A program made the translations under genes and the position numbers. Under the pieces are notes generated by a model, which saw only the letters and a list, made by a program, of their open reading frames with translations, had not been told where the DNA came from and did not search any database. A DNA stretch of 64,000 nucleotides from Neodothiora populina. Its lineage: Eukaryota. Location of the stretch: assembly GCF_041146345.1 (NCBI RefSeq), contig NW_027191402.1, positions 1-64,000 of the forward strand, written 5' to 3'. Position 1 is the first letter of the stretch. Each line of letters starts with the position of its first letter. Shown piece by piece: positions 22,576 to 33,998 of this stretch.

Positions 22576-25097
22576 TTGCCGCGTTGCTTGAGGGTGTGGA
22601 CCCCACGTGAGAGTGTCAGGGTCTTATCGCTCTAAAAGACCACAAGTCTGGTCCTTGTGCATAACTGTCTGGTCATTGTAGAGAAATAGTCAAGCTCGAC
22701 CAAGATAGGATTTTATATACTTCATTACAAACTTCATTATAGCCTTCATAGGCTATCTAGCTTTCTCTTGAATTTGCAGTCCGTCAAAACAATTTATTGA
22801 TTCGATTTCGCCCACTTTTCTGGATTGCTCTTATCCAGCATTTGTGACCCTATAGACTTCATACGACTGCTGTCAATACTTGTAGCCATACCCTCATGAC
22901 ACGTCGCCATTCTGGGGGCCTACAAATTCGAACCTCCCAGATTACGCGGTCTGAACAGTCGTAGCCTCTCCGTTTGTGAAATTGCTACTAATTCATGCTG
23001 GGAGTATGTTTGGTAGGGTCCATGCGTAGATCAGACGCCTAAAATTTCTTCGCAATTAATTTGTATAGGTAATTTGTGCGGATCAAGCGGGGTCCGAGTT
23101 AGGGAGTTCCGTCATATAAATCGCGGCAGGATATGCAACGAGCTTCCATATATACAAGATAGACTGTGCAGCACGACTAGTGGCGTAAGTCACTAATCGA
23201 TACTAAGAGTTCAACCCGGGGGTAACTTCACCCTGACGTCGTCCGCATCCAATATACAGTTTCACCGACTCAGCTCTGGTGGGACTGTGATATTGGCGGC
23301 AAAGATTGATTACTGTCAACACTTGCTGCATGAACTGTGCTCTCGTAAACAAATTGACGTATCACAGTATCTTACCACACTTCACGAACTGCGATAAGGT
23401 AAAAATGCAAGGCATAACGGGCGATCAGTGCAAAGCCATAGCAGCGCTGGTGAACCTCGCTTGTACTTCCGCAAAGCTTGACCTACGGTGGTTTCAGGCA
23501 AAGGCTTGTCTTGTTCACCTCATCTTCCTTAAGAATACTGACGCCGTAGACCGTCGCCGGCTTCACAAGAAGATCATCTGGTAGACAGAATCACCAACAA
23601 TCGCAACACCCCGAGAGTCACGATTCAGTTATTGCCTGCGGATGCGTACGGATGCCACCTTTGCCGTACATGCAGTACACGTGTCAAGCTGACAAGCCTG
23701 AAGCGCGCGAGACGAGGCACTCGTCACTTGTACCGTGGCACTCACTTATATGCAGACATATTGCTGACTACTCTACGTTGAAGCCTGAGATACCTTCGTG
23801 GGTCACAAAAAGCGGGGAACATTACCATGCTCGTGCGAATGTGCATATGTAGCAAGCGCGAGAGAGAACTTTGATGTCGTCCTGAGATCTCTGCTGCGTC
23901 AATCCCTGTTTTATCAGTTTTCTTCGATACATCGTAAGGGAACACCTCTGGCTTGGGATCATATTCAGCGTGATCTCTGACCTCAGAACCATTCAACATC
24001 TTACACAATATCATTATGAGGATTGTACAATGTTATGAAGGATTGATACTATCACTACCTAAGAGAGAGAACATACCGTTGGTGTATCAGGCCCAGGTTG
24101 CCGATATGAAGGATACCTGGTTCAACCATCCGGTCGTCATTTTTAGAGTTAGCAACGCGACAAACCAGGTTGCGATACTACTTGTAAGTCGGTCAGTGTG
24201 ACAGTCGTTCGATTCAGCGGTACCCCGATGATTTGCAATTGTTCCAGGCTAATGACTTTTGAGATCACCTCCTTTGGTGGCCGGGACTTGTTGGTAAGAC
24301 ATCCCCAAAACTTGGCTCGGCGACTCGAACATCTTCCGATACATCCTGGTCATTAGCATCCTGACAACAATTTGATATTGTATCTCGATGGTGGTGCTGT
24401 CAAGCACAAGAAAAGTTATGTCAAAACAGGAGAAAGCTATAAGGTCAATCCAGGTATTCTGTCCCTATGGACCAACAACGGGACTCAAATTGAGAAACGT
24501 TCCTTCGGGCTGCTTCGACAGTACATCGATCTGCCGATCCCGACAAATGCATCTCCTACATCGTTGCAAGCGGGGTCATTGTCTCGAGCATCTACTGCAA
24601 CGACTTATGACATTGAGGACTTATCCATCCCTAGGTTCGGGCAGTATGACACTTTTACAATGAATAGATCGCCTACTGCTCCGCACAGCTGTTCGACTCG
24701 ACTGGTCCAAGTGTATAGTCACACAAGAGTTGCCGAAGAACAGAGAAAGCAAAGACTCCGTATCGCAAGACTTTTCACTGTCTTTCTGTTGACAGTGATC
24801 ATTCTTCTCGTTCTTTTCGTGCTGAGACAGAATTTGTCAACTTGGAACCCTGGGCTAGCTGAGCGGAGCTGCAGATCATCCAACTCTAACATCTCCTCAA
24901 TCCTTGAGCTTGATACCATGTAACATAGCGAGCCAGAGAATTCGTGGAGCGTGGATCATGGACTCTACTCAACCCAGATCTGTCTTGGCAACAGAACTTT
25001 TGTGCGATTTCTGGAACGTCAATCGAGCCAAATTGAAATTGTGGTCACCAAGTACGAAATACAAGTTCCACGTACGCGCGTCCACTTCTTGGTGGGA

Positions 25098-26608
25098 TTA
25101 CGTTTCTTCGCGTAGAGGCTCCAAGTCAGTCCTCCTCCGGTATAGCGCTACTTGTTTCGGCGTCTTCGTTGCAATATGCCTGTCGTTGAGCCTCACACAA
25201 GATGGCAGCAGGTATGACTGGCCTGTTGTGGTTACCACGATATTGAAGATCATCCCGGCCCGGTGCTGCTGTTCTATCAGGACCTCCCAGAACTGACGAC
25301 ACCAGTCTTCGTCATCTCCCCAATCAAGATCGTTCAGCCCATCGATCACACAGAACATCAATGCTGGCGTAAGATCCAGCAATTTTCGCAGAATTACCAG
25401 GCTTCCCTTCCACGATTCGATCTCTCCTTTCAGTGCGGCAAGGTCCTCCTCACTAATGCACAGCTCATCCGCATCATCGCCGAATTGTAACAACTGGTTG
25501 ATCAAGCTATACACCAATCCCATGAGCCCAGTCTGTGCAATGCTCATTTCCGCTCGCATTTCGTCGGATTCTGGTCGCTGACAAAAATGCGAGATCAGCG
25601 GTGTCTGCGCCTACCACGCCGCTGCCACCGTTGCTAATGCTGCCGCTTGCGTGCTGGTCTTCCCCTCTACGCTGTAAGGACTAGATATCCATAAAGTTCG
25701 TGGGACATGATCTTCGGTCATCCATGGGCGAAATTTTGCCACTACGTCGTCTTCGGCAAGCCAGTAGTGACATGCGCCGAACCGAGCTGGGCCTTCATCC
25801 CCGACAATGAAGATTTAATGTTGAGGTGGTAGCTGCGTGCGCGGCTACGTCTTGTACTGGGAGCCTCAACATTCTGTATGCGAATTGAAGGATGTAATCT
25901 CGAGTCGATATGGTTTGGTGGACCGACAGTCTGTGTAGGAAATACTCTCTCCGTCCAGATTGCCTCAAGTTGTGCCAACATACGATGACCGGCCTGAGTG
26001 TCCAGCGCTCTGTAGGTTTGCCTCTGACGACGGAGCATTGTAGCGATCATTGCGGTATTACTCACCGAGCTCTCGCGGTAGCACTCGTTCACGGATTCTT
26101 CGATATCATTCATCGCGTCATCGAATCCTTTCTTTAAGTTCTCGTTGAAGCTTCGGGATGCTCGGCTCGCTTTCGATTGCAGGTACCATTCTATCACGTT
26201 CTTGTAGAGTTGGACCTGAGGGAGTACATGTAAACAACCTTTCGCGAGATGCCCGCAATAGCTTTGGGAAAGAGTTTCGGCGATATCGTTGTGATTCTTA
26301 GCTGCCCGGGTTTATAAAATCAGGAAGCCACTCTGGAAAAGCCAGCCTATTGGCTCACCTTTACGAGGCAAGAGAGGCTTTCACATAGTACCGAAGCATA
26401 ATTGTTCTGCAAAGGGAACAGAGCAAACATGCCTCTATGATCGTCGAGCGTGCTGCATAGCCTCATTAAAGCATCATGTACCTAGCGAATACCATCCAGC
26501 AATTGACAAGTATCAGATGTAAGAACCTTACTGACCCATGGTTTTGCTTCCACTTTTCCTCCATGTTGTCAATTGATGCTCTTAGTTCACCGAAACCATT
26601 TAAGACAG
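25098..26608 (-). pseudogene. Degenerate NACHT/STAND-like protein, disrupted; 5' end unclear
   Basis: Segments FALFPLQNNYASVLC, KNHNDIAETLS, IEWYLQSKASR, ISHFCQRP, LVYSLINQLLQF, FCVIDGLNDL, FNIVVTTTGQS; in-frame TAG near 25612 and frameshifts near 25820 and 26260. Confidence 0.55.
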
Positions 26609-26693
26609 ATTTCTGAAGCACTCCAGTGAGAACGCTCGGACAACACAAGAGCAACCAGGATTGGCACGTGTATACTCTCCTGTACATTTTGAG

Positions 26694-29600
26694 ATGCACC
26701 ATAAGCGACCATCTGTTCCAAGCGAAACCATACCCGCCGACACTGGGTCTAATGCTACGTTTAAGGCGAGAAGAAATACGGTAACAGAGGATACCAAACC
26801 TTCACAAAAGGAAGAATGCCTTGTCGAACCAGTTCTACCAATGGAGTCAAGAACTCTTGCTCTTTACTATAACCGACAGACTTTTGCGCTTCCTTGGGCT
26901 CTTTGTATGACTTGGGAAGTAAGTAAGATACTGCCGATGGTGAGCCTAAATGCTGATATCAGACAGAACATGATAGAATCTGTAAAGTCATGTTTCGAAA
27001 ATGAGGAGAACAAGAAAAGAGATATTGACGAGGGCAAGTTTCGCATTACTTTGCGTGGAGGAGAAAAGACATCCCGACAGCATTGGAGTATGGTAGTCAA
27101 GCCAGGATGGGAAATTATATTGAGACTCAAATCACAGAAACGACTATTGATCCTTGGGGAGGCTATGCTGATGAATATTTCACTTCTTCCGACGATGATT
27201 CCGACCCAGACGAAGATGGAGTTGGTAAGAAGAGCTCGAAAGGTGAGACTACCTATGAAACAAAGGTCGATTATACGGTGGGTTTTTATACGAGGCCTTA
27301 CCGAAGCGTGAGCCCCGATTATCTGTTCAGCAAGACCTGTAGCACGCCTGTAGCCCTCGAAGCATTTGACAGTACTGCCAAGACACTTCCGATACTTGAT
27401 GAGAAGAGATCCGTTACTTTTCCCGAAGATAGAAGAGCTAGACTTACAGGGAAAATCTCCGAAGCTCACAGGGGCCGTGTTAGGGCAGTGAACTCCGAGG
27501 GTAGACCTAGATTATATATCGCGGTGGCATAATCGGCAAGACCACTCTCCACATTCACCCTCCGTACCTGCTCAACGTTCTTCGTTCGATCATCAATTAT
27601 TCATCCAAAGAGCCGTCAGGCGAGGTTATGGACGAACTCAAGAGCGGAGAGTTTCAACATCCCTATACGGATTTATTCTACCACAAACAGGAATTATTTG
27701 ATTATCGGATGCAAATTGATGGACTGCGAGCGATCCACACACCAGAATACAATGCCGAGTGTGACCGCCACATCGACTTTCTCCTTCAGTACCTCGACCA
27801 GGAACCAAACGTCCAGCTGAAATCGGTGGACTCTGGCTGGAACAAGAAAGTACCTTCCACGACATTCGCGGGATTTTGGTTGCTAATGAAGCCTGGATCT
27901 GATGTCTTGGTGGAGAAGGACGAACATATGAACGCGTATGTCGTCGACTCGGTGTCTGGCGGCATCGAGTATCCAACGCCGACGCAGTCATCTGTCAATG
28001 CCACCCCCTACAAGGTTCGCACGTGGTATCTAGCATTTGATGGCCAGTGGATCAAACGTATCAGTCAAATAGTGTCTGTACCGGTATTTGATGGTGAATG
28101 AGATATGACCTCCTTACCAGTATTCCCCATCAGCTTTCAAGACAAGAACGACAGTGGCGCACGACGGAGGCAGCTCATTGAACGCGACAAAAGGACGTTT
28201 CTTTCTTTTAAGGGGCCCAATTTCTTGGAGTACAACGGCACAGGTCTAAAGCCAGGCTGGAAAGAGGTGGTTATTATCTCATCATGGGTCATCCAGGACA
28301 TTTGCTGACCCAAGGACTTCTACAGTACAACCGAGCACGAGTAGTCGTTGAGCATGAGTCTCGACCGTGGCTGTGAAATGAATTCCAGGACATGCCGACG
28401 TAGAATCTGAGCAGGGACGAATATATTGGTGGAAGAGCCAGGGCCCCTCGCTGTGAATGCGTCCGGTGCACCGATCATGCGAATGCTAATGACATGCATA
28501 CATCATCCAAGTTTAGCGACTATGATGACATTGATCCAGACGTGATAGATGAGCTCTCGGACCATCAATACTTGTTGTGCTTGTCTCATGTCTACGGGTT
28601 CATCTTGAAAGATCGTAATAACAGTAAGCCTTCCCACCACTACATCTATGTTTTGTACAGCGTTCTGACTATCCCGCTAGACCTTCTCGACGTTAGCAAC
28701 CTCGCTGAGCCTAATATGTTAGAAGACGCTATTGATAGACTTGTCATGCGACCTGAGGAAAATAAATAAGCTATTAAGGCCATCGTGCAGACCTACACAG
28801 ATAGCAAGCAATCTGAGCTTTTCAGCGCGGACTTCATCCACGGCAAGGGTGAAGGACAAATCTTTCTCTTGCATGGTCCTCCAGGAACTGGAAAGACGCT
28901 CACAGCAGGTGCGTTTTCAGTCAGCTAGCGGTAGAGATTCAGCACTGATAACATTTCAGAGTCTGTCGCCGAATACACTAGAAGACCACTACTCAGTATC
29001 AACGCCGCAGATCTGGGTGATGACCCCGGGGAACTCGAAAGAAAGCTCCTCCAATTCTTCAGAAATGCCACGATATGGGATGCTATCGTCTTACTTGACG
29101 AGGCCGACGTATATCTTGAGCGGCGATCTACTAATGATCTCAAGCGGAATAGTATAGTATCAAGTAAGCTTTATCCTCCAGCCTCAGTGCTCGAGCCGCT
29201 AATTGGCTAACCTATATACAGTCTTCCTACGCGCGTTGGACTATTATCAAGGCATTCTGTTTTTGACCTCGAACCGCGTTGGCCACTTCGATGAAGCTTT
29301 TATGTCCCGCATACATCTTTCGGTTGGCTACGAGCACCTTGACGACAAAGCACGCGAGCAAATATCGGAAGCCTTCTTCAGCAAACTCGAGGAAGATCAT
29401 CAAAAGAATAATGGGCCAGAAATTCGGTACAAATATCATGCTAAAGACTACGTCATGATGAATGAAGAGCTCAAGAAGTTGCAATGGAATGGCCGCGAAA
29501 TTCGAAATGGTGTGTTTCTCTCCAGATGCCTTAACTTTGCAAGACTAATCTTAACATGATAGCTTTCCAAATTGCCGTTGCACTTGCGACCTATGAGACC

Positions 29601-29804
29601 AAGACGGCTCAGAAAAGGGGCTCTGGTGGTGGACAGAAGCTTATCTCAAAGATAGAGGAGAGACATATCAAGCAAGTAGTTACTATGTCGACTGCGTTCA
29701 AGTCGTACATGACGGCAACGCACGAGGGTATCGGAGAAGCTGATCTGGCGTACAAGCAAGGTATTCGATATGATAAGGGAATCAAGCTCAAGACGACAGT
29801 GTAA
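26694..29804 (+). pseudogene. Fungal AAA+ ATPase (large N-terminal domain), disrupted
   Basis: Walker A LHGPPGTGKTLTAE, Walker B VLLDEADVYLERR, FLRALDYYQGILFLTSNRVGHFDEAFMSRIH, WNGREIRN; in-frame stops at 28099, 28374, 28401, 28767 plus frameshifts near 27140 and 27520. Confidence 0.88.
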
Positions 29805-30719
29805 GCGATAGATAACTGGCGTTCATGATTAGAAGTCACAACAATTCGTAGTTCATGTCTATTCGAGCCGCAAATTATGAGAGGTAGCTCATGTAATGTA
29901 TCATCCAGTGATTCGGTCTTATACACACTTCTCTGGTGCGCGTATACCCTTGCGTAAGGCCCTCTTCGTTCAATCAAGTTTACATACGGGACTCTTATGA
30001 ATGTCTGTAGACCTGAGGCTAGTCTTCGCGTTGTAGTGCCTGAGTTCGCGGTCATATCTATTAGGCAGGCTGGGTGTGGGGGTGTAGGTCACCTTTTCAT
30101 GCAACGAGGAACCCGTCTTCCAACGAGCCTCCTCATCGCCAGGATTGGAGTATCATTTCGTTGACACCGTGTGACCGAACGATCACTTTTGGAGATCGTC
30201 TTATGAGTCAGTCATCTCGGTGACCTTAGGTCGAAGGCTACAGTGTTCAACAACACTGATCCGAGGTGATCCAGCTCCAGACCTCACAATCTGTCTGTTG
30301 CCATACATAATCTACCCATCTATATATATTGCCAGCACTTCGCATCCAGTCATGTACTTTTATTGACAAGTTCGTGGAAGTGCAGAGGATGCATCTAACA
30401 GACAGGGTTACCCCTGTTTCAACTTTTTCGATGGAAGGTTCGGGCTGCCCTGAATGTGGCTTTGGCAAGCGCCGAGATCTGCATGCCCGTGTGTGGAGAA
30501 AGTGTGCGGGGACGATCTCCAGATAAACGAGTTGGTAATGAAGCGGTGCCATCTTGTCATGTTTGTTCTACGATACGATCTTGAGATTACGTATGCAAAA
30601 GGCCGGAGGCGACTCGCGTGTAAAGACTGCCTGTCAGAGTAGCGAAGGCCACCTACACGAATTAATTGTACTTGTCGCAAAGTCATCTATTACCAAGCTT
30701 CGCCAACATAACCAGCATA

Positions 30720-31355
30720 ATGGTACAAGTCAATAGATACTACCTACCGCCTACGGCTCTAATGCCAAACTCCCCATACCCGCTCCTACGTTACACAGAC
30801 CTCGATAATAGAAACGCCGCTGAGCTTTATGATATTTTCAGGGGAAATGGTTGGACAGTGCAATGGATATATAGATACGGCTCTACGCAGAGATCGCATT
30901 ACTACTCCGGTGTTCATGAATGCATGGCAGTGCTGTCTGGTACTGCAACAATTCGATTTGGTGTAGCCGATACTTCAACCGACATGGATGACAATACAGG
31001 CGGATTCGCAAAGGAAGACGGAGGTATCGAGATCAGAGCCCGCGCCGGAGACGTGTCTGTTCCACCAGCCGGGACGGCGCATAAAACTTACAACGCAAAA
31101 CCCGAAGCTGAATTCGCTTTGCTTACCCCTGGAGATGCACATAGTATCGCCTCGAGCGATGTGCGAGCTGCTCTAGCGGACCTGAATCTTTCTGGCTTCA
31201 CCATGATCGGTGCTTATCCGACGAAGGGCAATCCCTGGGATTCGATGAAGGGGGGTGAACTTACTGGATCGTTCGAGCAGGTCTGGTCCGTCCCCATGCC
31301 AGATCGCAATCCATTTCTAGGCAGATCAAGAGAGGGACTCTGTGGCCATTGGTGA
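30720..31355 (+). CDS. Cupin-fold protein (YjlB-like), possibly degenerate
   Basis: LPPTALMPNSPYPLL, RYGSTQRSHYYSGVHECMAVLSGTATIRFG, AGDVSVPPAGTAHK, FTMIGAYP; the second His of the usual HxH motif is Tyr. Confidence 0.7.
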   Translation: MVQVNRYYLPPTALMPNSPYPLLRYTDLDNRNAAELYDIFRGNGWTVQWIYRYGSTQRSHYYSGVHECMAVLSGTATIRFGVADTSTDMDDNTGGFAKEDGGIEIRARAGDVSVPPAGTAHKTYNAKPEAEFALLTPGDAHSIASSDVRAALADLNLSGFTMIGAYPTKGNPWDSMKGGELTGSFEQVWSVPMPDRNPFLGRSREGLCGHW

Positions 31356-32239
31356 AAGAGGGCGACTTTGTAGCATGTATCAATTTCCACTGTCTACCGC
31401 GATGGTTCGTTGACAGCGGCACCACTCTACTCGTATTGATGGCAACCGCCACATAGTCAACGCAGCGATGAAGTGGGTAGCATAAAACGTAAGCATACAC
31501 CCATGCTACGGGATTTCAGAGATCGTGTGACGAAGGTTGAGATTTGACGGTCGATTGCCAATAGCGAAAGATTACATCGGCGCAGTGTTGTCATGGAATG
31601 ATTAACATGAACATGATGCAGAAGGCAAGCGGATCGCATTGTCACAACAGCGGATTGTAGCCCGGCACGAGACTGCTTATGAGGCTGCTTGCCTCGAGCC
31701 CTGTCAGGTCTACTGACGTGCAAAATTGCAGGAGGTTGAAAGTGTCAGATACATCGTTAGAAGATGTGATGCGTTTTGCAGTCATTCACTTCTACCGCTT
31801 ATCTGGCCTTGCTAGGTTCATTCTGGTACAACTCAAAGAGATATGGTAAGGCTATACCAGTAAATTTTCTTGTTCCCACGTATAGCCGGTCGAATCCATT
31901 CATGCGGTACAGCAGTATCACGTCGGACGCAAGATTTGCTTCTACAAAACAACTCAACTTTTTCAGATCCTTGTAATTTAGATCACATGTTATCACTCCT
32001 GCCAAGCACTTTCGGGTAGCATGTTGCGAAAATTTATCAGCCGGGCTTGGCACCCGTTGTTTTGGGAAGGCCGTGATGCCAGGCGAATACGGTTCAGACC
32101 GGAGTCTAGGTTCACAAACATTGCGTGCTTTTGCAGCAGTATCACTATCTCAGGAAGCCATATAAGAGATCGAGTCCTGCATCCGAACCCCACTCGGAGC
32201 CAGTGGAAGGTAATCTATAACATCTCAATTCCACCAAAG

Positions 32240-33601
32240 ATGCTGTTTAATCGTGCAGCACTTGCACTTCGCAGCGGTGGTCGCTCCGGCGTCGCTGTGA
32301 AAATTCTCCCGACATGCCGAAACTTTGCTACAGTATCACCAGTAAGCTCCGCCGCCCACAACCACAAGGTGGTAGTAGTCGGAGCTGGATCTGCCGGTCT
32401 TAGTATCAGCCATCAACTTTTGCGAACTGGCCGATTCTCTCAAGATGATATTGCTGTCGTCGACCCGGCATCATGGCATCACTACCAACCAGGATGGACT
32501 CTTGTTGGTGGAGGACTAAAGGACAAAGATCAGCTCAGAAGGCCGCTGAACACCTTGATTGATCCCAAGCTGAAGTTCTACAACAATGATGTGCGCGCGT
32601 TTTCCCCAGAGGAAAATTCCATCACTCTTGGTAATGGAGACAGGGTCAGCTACGATCAATTGGTTGTCGTGCCTGGCATCAGCATTAATCCTGGCAGCGT
32701 CAAGGGCTTACCCGAAGCTCTTGCTAATCCCGACTCACTTGTGTCATCAATTTATGGCTATGATTACTGCGACAAAGTGTTCCGTACGATAAAAAAGCTC
32801 CAGAAGGGTGAAGCAATCTTTACTCAGCCTGCTGGTGCCATCAAATGCGCAGGAGCTCCTCAGAAAGCCATGTGGCTCGCACTGGACCACTGGAAGCGCG
32901 CTGGCCTATATGACGCCAGCAAGGCTGCTGCGTCACCAATTAAGATCAGCTTTGCCACTGGCACTCCCACCATGTTCGGTGTCCCCAAGTACAATGCTGT
33001 CCTCGAGGGCTTGCGGAAGGAGAGAGGTGTCGAAGGCTTGTTCACTCACGATCTCGTTGCTGTCGATGGCAACACGGCAACTTTCGCTCTACCCGGTGGC
33101 AAAGAACAAGTGAAGAGACACTTTGATCTTCTTCATGTTGTGCCAAAGATGGGACCGCATGCTTTTGTGCAGAACAGTCCTATTGCTAACGAGGCTGGTT
33201 TCGTTGATGTCGATGACGGCACTACACAGCACAAGAAATACAAGAATGTCTGGTCGGCTGGTGACGCTTCCAGTCTACCTACATCTAAGACGGCAGCAGC
33301 CATCACATCGCAAGCTCCAATCTTGGTTCGCAACATGCTACAGACCATTGACGGCAAGGACGTCGACGCCACATATGATGGTTACACTTCATGTCCGCTG
33401 ACAACGGAGTATGGTAAAGTTCTTCTTGCCGAGTTCAAGTACGGTGGAGTACCGAAAGAGACCTTCGGTAAAGTGTTCGGAATCGACCAAGGCACGCCTC
33501 GTCGCCCATTCTACTACCTAAAGAAGGATTTCTTCCCCTGGGTCTACTATAACTATATGGTGAAGGGCACCTGGGGCGGGCCGAAGGGCTGGATTAAATA
33601 G
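32240..33601 (+). CDS. Mitochondrial sulfide:quinone oxidoreductase (SQOR/Hmt2-like), intronless
   Basis: Presequence-like MLFNRAALALRSGG..RNFATV; VVVGAGSAG, HHYQPGWTLVGGG, IKCAGAPQK, GDASSLPTSKTAAA, YDGYTSCPL, LAEFKY. Confidence 0.93.
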   Translation: MLFNRAALALRSGGRSGVAVKILPTCRNFATVSPVSSAAHNHKVVVVGAGSAGLSISHQLLRTGRFSQDDIAVVDPASWHHYQPGWTLVGGGLKDKDQLRRPLNTLIDPKLKFYNNDVRAFSPEENSITLGNGDRVSYDQLVVVPGISINPGSVKGLPEALANPDSLVSSIYGYDYCDKVFRTIKKLQKGEAIFTQPAGAIKCAGAPQKAMWLALDHWKRAGLYDASKAAASPIKISFATGTPTMFGVPKYNAVLEGLRKERGVEGLFTHDLVAVDGNTATFALPGGKEQVKRHFDLLHVVPKMGPHAFVQNSPIANEAGFVDVDDGTTQHKKYKNVWSAGDASSLPTSKTAAAITSQAPILVRNMLQTIDGKDVDATYDGYTSCPLTTEYGKVLLAEFKYGGVPKETFGKVFGIDQGTPRRPFYYLKKDFFPWVYYNYMVKGTWGGPKGWIK

Positions 33602-33998
33602 AGCGCGAGTTCCATTGAACATGTACATAGATATTAGATCATAACATTGCAATTGGTGCCCCAAGTCTGTGAGAGGGTTGATCCTCCTAACCCTTGGTTT
33701 TGCTCGTGGGGTTCCGACTTGGTTCAATTGCAATCAGACTCGCCGTTCGGATCAGAACTAGATACCAAATCATGGGTTGGACAATCTCCTTCAATTCAAT
33801 CGAGGTACTGAAAGATAGTGAGTTACATCAAGTCTATCGAATGCACGTAATAATGTAGTTGGATTCTTCGATATATGGATGTCTTGAATCAAGATACCTT
33901 ACTATGTGCTAGACCAAGGAATGAGAGTAGACATAAATACCAAGGAAAACACAAGCTCGCCGACGCCTCCCGCCCCTACCTCAAAATCCAATCATCGA

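Noticed and set aside
23306..24923. ORF 24372-24923 with a C-terminal hydrophobic helix and upstream fragments
   Set aside because: Non-ATG start, fragmented, no family recognised; possibly a gene relic but unsupported.
32021..32239. 73-aa N-terminal extension of the SQR ORF
   Set aside because: The ATG at 32240 starts a typical mitochondrial presequence; the upstream part looks like promoter/UTR.
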